Origin: Phoronis australis
Lineage: Eukaryota > Animalia > Phoronida
Direction: 5' to 3'
Assembly (NCBI GenBank): GCA_002633005.1
Contig: NMRA01000195.1
Location: 351,628-415,627, forward strand
Length of the DNA stretch: 64,000 bases
Shown: one piece after another, positions 35,131 through 47,100 of the stretch
How the letters are laid out: each line of letters begins with the position of its first letter
Numbering within the stretch: position 1 is the stretch's first letter
Position numbers and translations under genes: made by a program
The notes under the pieces: generated by a model
Told to the model about the DNA's origin: nothing
Seen by the model: the letters and a program-made list of their open reading frames with translations, nothing else
The model's database searches: none

Positions 35131-38100
35131 ATGGCTGACAGGAATCAAGTTCTCATTGACTTTCAGGTAAAATAGTTGATGAGCAGCCTTCCGTGATATT
35201 TTGTAGCTGAACTTAGATGTACAAGGTGTATCTATTTCCAATGGTCTTCTATATTTATTACACGTTTCACTTTAAAGTTCAAGACAGGGGAGAACGTTCG
35301 TTCTGAAAAAGTTTATTTTGTCACACACTGTCTCAGTCTGTCTGGATAGTGTTCAGAGTAAAGCTAGGCCTTCGCTAAAAAGCAAGACTTGGCTTGATTA
35401 CGTGAGACATTGCCGTGTATTTTAAATGAGAATACGTGATTTTAGTTAGATTTTTAGCCGCGAGACAGCTACCTAACTCTACCCTGGACAATATTGTTGT
35501 TGTGAAAGTGCTTCTGGTGAATCATATATGGAGCCTCTGTTAGCCACTCGCTATTGCCTATTAGCTGAATGGTTAGCTCGCTCGCCAGTTAAATCGGGGT
35601 TTCTGGTTCGATTCCCGAGGTCGAGCAATCTCGGCTATTACGATATTTGGCGTAGTCGGCAAACAAATGATATACCGATGAAGCACTTTATAGACCCTGG
35701 GACCGCACTTTATAGACCCTGGGACCTAAGACAGCACGCTTGATGTAAGGTACATGTACAGGCATATTGTAAGGTGCGAGTACAGGCATTGTGTAAGGTA
35801 CATGTACTTAAAGCATAATGTGAGGTACATGTGCAGGCACAGTGTTCATAGGAAAAGGGGGAATGTTGTGAAAGTGCTTCCGGTGTTCAATCATATATGA
35901 GTCTCTGTTAGCCAGTCGCTAACGGGCAATTGCCCATTAGATGAATGGTTAGCACGCTCGCTGGTTAAATCAGGGTTGCTGGTTCGATTCCTGAGGTCGG
36001 GCAGTCTCAGCCACCGTTTCAACTTAATAGTAGAGGTGGTGATGCTTCCATAGAGGGTTATTGTTTACAATTCTGACGTACATACTTGATACTACAATTT
36101 TCTGAATCTTCGAGTCACGGTAATTCAAAAATGTATTACTTGTACTGTCATATTGGTCTCTTCTTATTCATAATTTCCGAGGTTTTCCAAGGCGTTCATT
36201 TGCAACGCGGATTTAGTGAGGCAGCCATTTTTAAAAGTGCGACACCTCTCAGCAGGATTGATAATTAACGGTTAACCTTGAGTGAAGTTGCTTCAACGCA
36301 GAATGTGTTTCTGTTTGCGTATTTTAGCCTGTCAGTGATGTTAGTATCTTATTACCTAATTCCACTTGTTTGAAACAGTTTTTTGTTTCTAGGACGACTC
36401 ATGTCTGCCATAACACGAGCCGAAATCATGTCCGCGAGATGTTGAGCGTTTTCGAGGACGACATTTGTCCGCAAGAATACGCACTTTGGTGTTTTTTTTT
36501 CCAAAGAAGAAGTTATGAAGAGGCAATCCTTTATAAATGACTATTACTGTTTTTACTCAGAGTTTCCCTAACATGTCACGCGGTATCTTCAATATAATAG
36601 CCAATTTGAGGTTTTTTTGACACACGAGTGATCGGTTGCAGTTATCATTCCTGTCGAGACGTGTCGCAGTTTTATAATGGCAGTCACTTGAGATCGGCTG
36701 CCGCAAATGAACACCTCGTAAAAACAGTGAATGCATGAATAAGAAGAGCCTAATCGGTACAAGTAATACATTTTTGGAATCATTATGATCACCCTGGCTC
36801 ATAGAGGGACACCTTAGCAGGCCGTCGATGTCTTTATTTTCTTCCAACCAAACTTTTTTTCCTGCAATCCTTCGTTCAGTTGCCCAAATCGGCAACTGGC
36901 CATTTTTACACTGCTCTCGCCATGGGATATGACGTCATATCTCGTGGCCAGTAACACATCACATCTTTTCATTAAGTGTAAAGTTACCTTTTACAGGAGT
37001 GTTCCAACATAGAAAACTTGGAGGAATGCATGGCCATTCTGGAGCAGCATGACTGGAGCCTGTTGGTAATACTTTTAGTATGTTCTTAAACAACTGTGTG
37101 CAGGAGCAGTGTCAACCATTTGTTGTCTGGTCATTGGGCTCATGATGCAGTGATAGAATGCTCACCCTACATCATTATGCTTGAAGGGTTCATATCCCAC
37201 ATGTCTAAATCAAACTTCACTAGACTGGGTTTTGAATTTAGCGGGCTAACTGGCCTAGTACCCAGGCATGGCTAAAATTTGTCAATTTTGATAGAGGTTG
37301 AAAAACAGTAAGCACATAAATGCTCAAGTTAAATTTGTTATCAAATATGTATGCAAAAAGCTTTTAGCAGCTTGGTTTTGCTATAAGTTTTAGCAATTAC
37401 AATATTTTGTTATTGAGATTAAATTCAAATCTAACTGAATTCATATGGTGGGCAGTTATCATTTTAAGTCTTGTACATGCCCAAGGTGGAGTTTGCAGGA
37501 GCACATGTACTGTCTGCATAATGAGAGAATGTGCAAAATTGTTAAAAATGCTGTTATGTGTTTAGTGCCCAACTCAGTATCATTACATATGATTGTCTGT
37601 TTTATCTTGTTATATGAGTCTACATAAGTTTTGGCTCAGTCTTTTAGTTGAAGATGATTTACCATTGACGATATATTGTTAGATAGTGAGGCCTGCTACT
37701 CTTGTTACAATAATCAATAAATTGTTAGAAGTGGATACAGTTTATGGCTTGTTCTTTTTTGCAGGATGCTCTTAATTCTGTGACTCACCTGGACACACAA
37801 ACACTACCATCTGAGAATGTGGCTGACCAGTTTGTCAATGTTTCTGACAATGGCACGGACTTAGTTCCCCCTTTGAGGGTGGATGGTCATTCAGTACAGA
37901 CTGACCCATGGTCAATCGGGAACACAGTGACCACCTCATTTGGCGGTTTTGCCGCTGGAATCTCGGACGTTCCATCGCTAGCAACACCATCTATGCGAAT
38001 GCTTCACTTTACTGTTGAATATAGAGACCGTAACATACCAGTGGTGCTGAAAGATTCAGAAACAGTGGGTGAGAGAGCCTTCGAACACATCATTGTTTTA

Positions 38101-41100
38101 GCTTCAACTTAGGTCATGTGACTTGCATGTCTGGCATTTGTTTTGGTGGTGACAGTGGTGGTTAACATGCTGTTAATTAAAAGTTTTTTCGTAATCTTTC
38201 ACAATTATGGTCATTTTGACAAGTTTACAAACCGTACACGTACATAAACTAGTGAGTGGCTGAGGAAAGGAATGTTTTTTAGTGTGAAAGTGGCAATAAT
38301 AGGAATTCAAATTCAACAAGGTGGCGCTAGTGTACTGATGGCAGTGCCCTGAGAAATGCCTGGATTGATGTTGTAATGTGGTATCTTGATCTCATGGATG
38401 TCCCCACGCTGATCAACTGCTATCTGCTCTTAATCTCATGGATGTCCCCACAATGATCAACTGCTCTTAATCTACTCGGATGTTAAAAAGAGGAACCTTT
38501 TTACATTAGCACCATGAAGTGCTTTTTGTTGCTTTCTGGCTTTAACTCCAATCATTCTACATTATATTTTTCATTTAATACTTTAAAATAAAAAGTGAAC
38601 ATGAAGTCAGACATTGTTAACAACTCCTTTGTGGCATTGGTATGAAACCAGTTTGTAAAATAATCGGTTTTTGTTTTTGTTCTGATTAATCAGTTTGAAC
38701 CATTACCTTGGAGTGGATATTAAATGGAGGGAAAATGAGAGTGTGAGAACTAGAGCCACGTTTTATTTTGCTTGGGTGTCCAAAAAGCACTCTTCCTGTT
38801 CGTTGTCTCCTACTTAAATTTCTGTATGGCCGGCGCACTCCATGGCATTTCCCCTGCTCATTATTCCCGTTGGTCTCTCTGAGAGAGAAAGTCTCCTGCA
38901 ACAATCAATGAACGATAGAGGCTCAGAAGGCAAACGTTCATCAGGAAATTTGAAGGCTTCGGCACGATGTGTATAAGTGCGTTATCACAAACTTCATGGT
39001 ATGTGTAGCAACTGTGATAATTGTCCTCAGAAATAGTGACAAAAATGAGACTATTAGTGAATAATGTAATGCTTCTGTGACATGCTTTAATAAAAAATTC
39101 AATCAGCTAATTGTATACAATCGCAATATATAACATTTTGGGTTCACCCTGTATGACCTTGTATACAATTCAGTACAGTCTCTTTACAATGTATGATATG
39201 CAGAGATCAAGATTTAAGGTTTATTCATCTTTGTGTGGATATTTTCTTGTACTTAATTATATTCTTTGAGAGATATTTTTAGTAACCCAAGTTTTGACTT
39301 TTTTTAGCCACCCCCACCATCTGAATTCAACTCATCTGTTACAAAGGTGAAATTGAATGTTTTTTTTTCCAGCTTTTGAAAGATTAGGCTGCTGACACGT
39401 GTCTGAGCTCAGTCAGACAACTTAACAGTTGTAGCTTGCACCCCATCAAAATTCATGATGTCGGGATTGTAATTCATTGTGTAACTGTATAGTTTTATTG
39501 ACATTGGGATGACAATCTAATTCTGATAGAAAATAGGGCTTAACATAGCGGCAGTGAATAATAGTCTAAATAACTGCCTTTGGGTGCACATCGTTATGGG
39601 TAAGAACTGTGAAAAGTCATAGAGAGCGTTGTGATGAATCTGGGGATTGGGTTTAATCTTTGTACTTGGAATCGAAATCGAACTCGGAATTATTTTTGAC
39701 ATTCTCCACTCGACTTTTGTGCGAATTCAAAGTAAGTGTTTATTAGTCTGTGCTCAGGTACGTTATGATTTCCTTGAATTACTGCCTAATGCTGGGTTGC
39801 ACGTGATGACCCCACCATTAATGCTATAAGTATGAGTGTGAACTCGAAGTTTTCAGTTTTTACTACACTTTGTAGCTTGAATCTGGTGCAACTCTGGCGG
39901 TCATCAAATGCAAATTTGGAATTAACATTCTTCAGCACAAACCATAACATACCATCAGAGAAAACAGGCAGTTATCTTGAGTTTGCACAGAAAATACAGT
40001 AAATATAAAAAATAATTTAGAATTCAATTTCGAGATTAGACCTCGGTGGCGGTTGTTGAATAGCTTCCCGTTGAATTCAATGCATTGTCCTTGTCTCAAA
40101 TATTAACTGGGCCAAGAGAATATTAGCTTTTTGGGCAGTGTTTTGTGGTTTGGCTGACGTTTCTTTATTATGTCGAATGACAGGTATGTGTCATCTAACT
40201 GTGTAGCATCAAATTGTAGCATGCATAAGTGACATGTATTTGGATGGCTTTTGGTTGCTGCTTATTTGTTGATAAGACTTACTTATATTGCTTTCAGGGA
40301 AAATCAAGTCTGTCCTTGAGAGTGAAGTAAACATACCCTCAGGCATGCAGGAGCTCAAAGGCTGGGAGAATCGTAGAGTGTTTGACCATGTGAGTACAGT
40401 CACACTACATATGAGCATGTTAATTGAACTTCTTGTTCAACCTGCCACTCTTCTCTCTGTTGCCTAATCAACATGAAGCTTCCTGAATTAGCTCCTCCTT
40501 CAACGGTCATGTGATTAACATGTGACATATTTCAAGAATACACAAACCTCAAAACAGTAGTGCTAAGGTAAGTCTGAGCAATGTGGGATTTATTTTAAAA
40601 ATTCAGTACTGACATATTGTATAAAATTGCACCTAGTACACTTTTTCATTGCTACACTGAACATCTCTTTGAATAGATTATTTATTGGGTGAAATGTAGC
40701 CGTTGCTTGGGACAACTGGAATTGATTTCAATAACATATAGCAAACCATAATCAGCTGTTTTGAGATCTTTTTAATTTTCAATGTCTTTTACTCAGTTTT
40801 ATGAAGAATAACCCCCGTGTTGTTTATTTTCAGTCAGTACTCAGGGATCTCAACTTACCTAAAGAATTTAAGCTGTACCTGTTAACCCCTAACGTGTCCA
40901 ATCCCACCATGTCAGTGAACAGTAATAATACAAGGTAAGACATTATCTCACGCGATGTGCTCATATACTTATTGCATATTTGTTCTCTTGGAAAAAGCTG
41001 TAGCTAATCAAGTCAAAGGCAAGAATTCAGTGAATCTGCTTTAACACTTTAGATATTTATAAATTTTGATTCACTTGTCTGTTCATGTCCTCATGCTTCT

Positions 41101-44100
41101 TTAGAAATAATACAATTGGTTTTAAGAAACAAAACTAGCACCCGCATACACATGTCTGGGTGCATATTGCCGTCATCTCTGTCTGGGTGTTTGACATCCG
41201 CTGCTGTATCACCTAAATCCCTTTCAGAATCTTAATGAGGTTCCATAGACATGCTTCTATGAAGCTGATTACCGATGACAATGAGCTTCTGACTGATCCA
41301 ACTAATGCAGTGCCCACTTGTGACAATTTTATTTTTTCCCATTTGGCTCTGTATCTTCAGAGTTTCTTGACGAGTTTTCATCAAATTCTATTTAGGAGAC
41401 AATGGTGCCTTCCCATTTTGGACGGATTTGATGTATTCTGCACCATGTGGTGGCTGTTTTAATAATTTTTGAATCCGTGTTTTGATGTCGGCCTCTTTAT
41501 CTGCCAAACTGCTTATTAACAGTCATTAAAAATACTCTGAAGTACATATATGTCGTTTGAGGGATTTATCAGTTTTCCCAGAGTAACATAAATGTACAGT
41601 GTTTAGTCCTATTTAGTCAAAGCAAGAACTAACTTCCGAACTTCCGTAAGCTTTTGTAGTTCTTTCCAATACTAATATCCATGAGGACCTAAGTACCCTG
41701 TGTTACCTGCTGGTTTATTTTTAGACACGATATTTGTCTGTGTTTGTTTTCGTGTACAGTTTTATACTGAATTTAATTTTATTTGGTTTTCATTCTGTTT
41801 GGTCATGTTATCCTTAGAAAAAAAAATAAAGAATGTAGTATTAATGTAGAAGTCCTAATACATTATCGCCCTTGATTCTAGTTACAGTTTTTATTGCAGC
41901 TCTTCCATATTGGGAATTCTGTTTATGTGTTAGTTGAACATGTGTGGTAGAGTTTTCAAGTGATTTTCTTATTTTCATAGCAAATTAAAGTAGCTATGAA
42001 TTTTTGCTATGTTGTGTCTAACAGCGAAGTGGCTCTGTTTCTTGCAGTTTAAGTATAACGGATATGACCGACAGGTTGTCACTGAACTTCACACTGCAAA
42101 TAAAGTACAAAGAGACCGGCATGGATTATACTCTCAACTTTCCTGGGACAAAAAGTGTTTTAGAGGTGAGTTTTGTCTCTAGAAACAGTATTTTTATATG
42201 GACGAATCATGTTTGGTATATGGAAGTAAACTGATGCAAGGTATTTCCAAAGTAGTGTCCTGGAGGCTCTTTCAGAAAAGTTGACTTTGTTTACTGTAGT
42301 GGCATTGCGTCCGAAAAGAATAACTTGGGCCCCTTCAGAAACTTTCCGCCTGCAGTGCTGTCATTCAACCAATGGCTTTCAAGGTTAGGTAGAACCCTAG
42401 AAAATTGTCCACTTACAGTAGTGGCTTATGAGATTCACATGAAATTCCTATACTATGCTTTATACACTTGTCTCCAAACCACTGTTAGGAATTGTTTTAA
42501 ACTTAAAGTAAGATGTTATAATAGATTGAAGTCATTGATAATCTTTAAGGTCATTGTGTTAACCTTTCATTATCTCTAAGACTTGATCACAAATTTCTGT
42601 GGCTTCTTTTTGAATGGTTATGTGTGGTCTAAACTAGAGTGTATAGTTTGTTATGCTCAACTTATCCTGCAACTAACACGAATTGTCTTATTTTGTCTGT
42701 GTCTACACACTGTTATTTATTTCTAGGTGAAGCAAGCGGTGTATAACATAACCAATGTACCTGTATCGAAACAGGTATGGAAAGGTTGGCCCCCTGAAGC
42801 AGGTGACAATACTGTAAGTTCAAGGTCGTGAGAGCCTTCCTAGCTACTACAAACAATCTTTGTATTTCTTCTAGATTTGAATCTATCTCAGCCTTAACAA
42901 TCAGTTATGTTACAAGCTTTAGTGAAAAGTACTAACTTGGGGTTTCTGAAAGGACCCACAGCACGAAAGGGGTGGTTTCTATAGCAACAGTTTTTGAAAA
43001 AAATCCACCGTAGGCCCCGTTTTGAGATTGTTCTCCTCATCTGATGCAGTACATTACATAAGAAATTGGACAACGTACCATTTCCCTGTCATGATTTTTA
43101 ATTCTGGTAACAGCAAAAATTACTGGTATTACTATTTTATGGGCAAAATTCTAAGTACAGAATGGCTTAGCCAGTTTGCTAACTTTTCTGTAAATTTCCC
43201 TTTGTTCTTGGTTATGAGGGAAAGCTGCTCTGGCTGTCATAATGAGGATATCTGGGTCATTTTGAGGATATCCGGGTCATTTTGAGGATATCCGGGTCAT
43301 TTTGAGGATATCCGGGTCATTTTGTCTGAATATGTCTGCCATGGATTGCATGTGCTGAAAATCTGAGCAAGATGTCATTATTGTTATTCAATGTTTAAGT
43401 TTAAAAAGGTCTATCAAAATATTTAGAATTTACCATTGGTCAGTAGAAAAGTTATCAGTCTACGAAGTGAAACCTTTCTCTTGGAACGTACCTGAAGAGC
43501 CTATGGCTATGTTGTAGATGACCCTGGCTGGCTGCGGTATAACACATCCTTGTCACAGTCTGGAACTGTCAACATCCAAAGAATCGACATCAAGGAGGGC
43601 AGCGCCAGTAAGTGGCCATTTTATTGTATTGCTGTTCAACGCATAGTAAATATTAAATGTCAGAATAGACTGCGTCTATAGATTTTTTACCGTTTAACTT
43701 AAATCCAGTATCTTAAGTGTGGGATTACCAAGGTTTGGTGAATGACCCAAGTCAAACTGTTAGACAACTGACTGCCCTGAAGACTAATAGCGTTTGGTAA
43801 AGTTTCTTAGAATGCGGAAAATAGATTAAATTGTATTATTCTGCCACTGAAACAAAGAAGTCGAAGTGTTCACCCGATATTTTCACAGTTTGTTTGTAAA
43901 GATTTTGAATTCTTCTTGATGTCAAAGCATTCTCCATTTAGTTTCAAATTACAAAAAAACGACCTGTCAGCTGCTCGTCACCTTGTCCATTTTTCTCTCA
44001 AGGCAAGCGCATCTCCTTATTTGGTATGGCAAGACATAGGCATAGCACATTACCCTTATATAGAAACTGTTACATTTGACCTTTGATGTAAACAAAACAA

Positions 44101-47100
44101 TGGTGCTTTTGGGGAAAAGTTTACTGGGTAATTCGTTGAGCGCATGAATGCATCTGTATTATTAAAGGCAGAGAAATTGAAAACTGTTTTGGGATGAAAG
44201 AGTTTATTGTTCATCTTTTTCAAAAATAACGATTTTTTGTAGAAATTCGTACAATATCTAAATTGAATAACTCTCACGTTAACATCCCCAAATAGTAGAA
44301 TTGCTCTGTATAGAAGGACTGGTATTTTTCATAGTTTCTGCGTTCCAGTCTGTTTGTCAGCTGAATGCTGTGATGACTAATAATGTATTTTGACTTGTTT
44401 GATACAAACTAGGATGTAGTAGAACAGGTGGAACTGAGCAGTGACAGTGATGATGAGGAGTTTGAAGATGCTCAAGATGACGGAGGATTTGATGACGACA
44501 TGTTGGTTGACACACCTGTAGTCAAGCAGGAACCACTCAGTGAGTTGATGGGGGGCACTATCTGGGGGTGTAGTGTGGGGTGCAGTCTAGCTCTGTGTAC
44601 GTAAACTTATTTTCTTCAAGACAGTTGAATAGTAGTTGCCGCGAAAGGTCTGACGTTAATCTTAACTCCTCAGAAACTAACAAATTTCAGACCAAAATTT
44701 TCATAAGTATGATTTTCTAATCATTTATGTCAAATTTCACTGTGTCTTCCCTACAATTTTTGTCACAATTTTAGTAAAACAGGTAGCTTTAAGCTGATTT
44801 CATCAATTTGTTGACTTAAGTACTAGACATTGGAAGTGGACCTTCACTATCAAGTTAGCTCTAGTTTGTGTGGTCCCTTAATGTGTCTTTCGTATGTCTG
44901 GCTGCTGACATGGGTCTCACCACTAAGCGTATGGTCAGACATCGGAAATCTCTGATAAAAGCCAAGTGTTCGTTGTGCTTCAACCAAGAATAGCACATGA
45001 TGTCAAGATCAAACACAAGATACGCCAGTTCTTGCAATTAAATTCTAGGCTAAGTGATAAAATGAGCTATAAGAAATAAGAGGCAAATAACACACAAGTG
45101 GTAGGCTAATTTTAATAACCTCATTCATTTAAATTGGAGACAAATTTCTTGACTTTGACAGGGGCTGCTTGCTGAAACTTGAAATTTTATCTTCAACAGG
45201 CATACAACTTAAAGCTTAACTGAACTCTGTCATATTTACTGTTTAGCCTCCTTAAATTCAGTTTTCTGATTGTTCTATAAATTCTGTCACCAATGCACCA
45301 CTCACAAGGACAATTTAATGGGATCAGGGGAAGATAAGGCTTCGAAGGTTTATGCAATACCATTCTGAGGGAGGTGCACGCAGATTTTATTTGGACTTGG
45401 GATAGTTGAAGTTGGGAGCCTATGCTCGGCAAAGTTTTAGCGTCCAACCTTTAATATATGGTTATGAGTCATTGGGAAATACGTCTGCTTGTGGTTCTCT
45501 TGTGGAGTCCTCTCATGGAAAAATTTGTGGAAAGGCCATTTTTGTGATCTCTTTGAACTCTGGATATATGCACATTTAGAAATGGAAAGAAATGTAGGTG
45601 TATCTGTTACGTTTTCTTCAGATCTGCTGATGAAGGTATTTCTAAGCTGAATTTCGAACCCATGTTTGTGGTGAGGAGAGTATTGGAACAATATGTTACT
45701 CAGTTCACTGAAGATTGCTAATCCTGACATATATTATCAACATTGTATATCTAAAGTTATATATTATTTAGTGTTGTTCATTTCAGTGCCAGATAACGTT
45801 CAAGATGAACTGGTGCTAGCAGAACATTTCAGCCGTGTATTTGGGGAAAGGTTAGTTTGAGAGTTGGCCATGGTTAAAGTCGATTTCTTTGGTAACTTGA
45901 GTCACAGACGAGCAATTATAGCAAAGACAACTTTTTGATGTAAACTGTTTATCCTTAAAATTTAGAGCCAAACTTTCCTCAATCAAATTAAGAGGCGATG
46001 TTGAGGCTTCAAAAGAACTCTGAGTATGTTATTGATAGTGATTACTGTATAAGTTGGCTTGTCATGGCGTGTATGTACCAAGCATGGTCTCGAGGAATAT
46101 CGAATTGAACCCACTTGTAATCTTAAGTTTCTTGGTAACTGAGGTAAGTGGTATACGTCAAAAGTTTGGTTATGTTAAGGAACATGGGTTTATAGTACTC
46201 AGCCAGCTAGCTGTATAAAGACTATCGTCAGAATACAGCTAGGTACCACTGTCTTGAGCTCCGTTATGCTCCGAAATTTCACACCGTGTGGGTAGTTCTT
46301 CTTGTTACCTCGTCGTGAAATGACCGGCGAGGGTACATGCAAAATCTGGGAGTCAACCGACACTCATCTTGCCCGTTGCAGCCGTTTTAAGTGAAAAACA
46401 ATCTAATAAACATCATTTTCTTGCATAATTCTCCACCTTTTGTAATAAAGAAAAATGTGTCATTGTTTTGAAAGCAGTATGCTTATTTTAGAATTTTTTT
46501 CAACATCTCTTTGAAGGTAACAGCTTCGCAGCAGCAAAATTTGTTCTGAAATTCGGTTTGCTGGTATTAAAATACTAAAAACTTGTAACAAAATGAAACC
46601 AGTTCCGTGACATGTATGCAACCTCGTGGAAGAAGAACAGATGATTGAATAATCGGCAAAAAAAAAGCTGGCCAATAGGCCGATGCAAAAGATTGCTCCA
46701 CAACTTTAGCTCTAGAATAACAGTAGAACGCCAATTTTCCAACACTGGTAAATTATTTAGTTTACTCAAGGAAGAGTGTAGTTTTTAATTACAATAATTT
46801 TGTGTCAGATTTTAGTTGGCCAGTTTTTTCCCACATCAACGCAAAGCTGTATTTTTAGTATTAATACAACTTTATAGCAAGCCTATGTGGGTAAAGCCCT
46901 AGGTTAAATCAGCTTGCATATCACGTATCTCGATGTAATTATCCACAGCTATCATCACATATTTATGTTACAATATAATGATTATGTTATACCATGATCA
47001 TTATACTTTAGTACAGTCATTATGTTGTGATACAGTCATATTATTATATTAATATATAAAATCTTGTCTTCCATGGTTATGATTTGTGCAAGATAATCAT

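Noticed and set aside
35556-35630. Functional tRNA genes at ~35560, ~35935 and ~4550
   Set aside because: A and B boxes are present, but no complete cloverleaf could be folded by eye and they sit within LTR-like repeats.
37135-37325. Possible decayed tRNA-derived SINE
   Set aside because: The boxes are too degenerate, and there is no second copy or TSD in the window.
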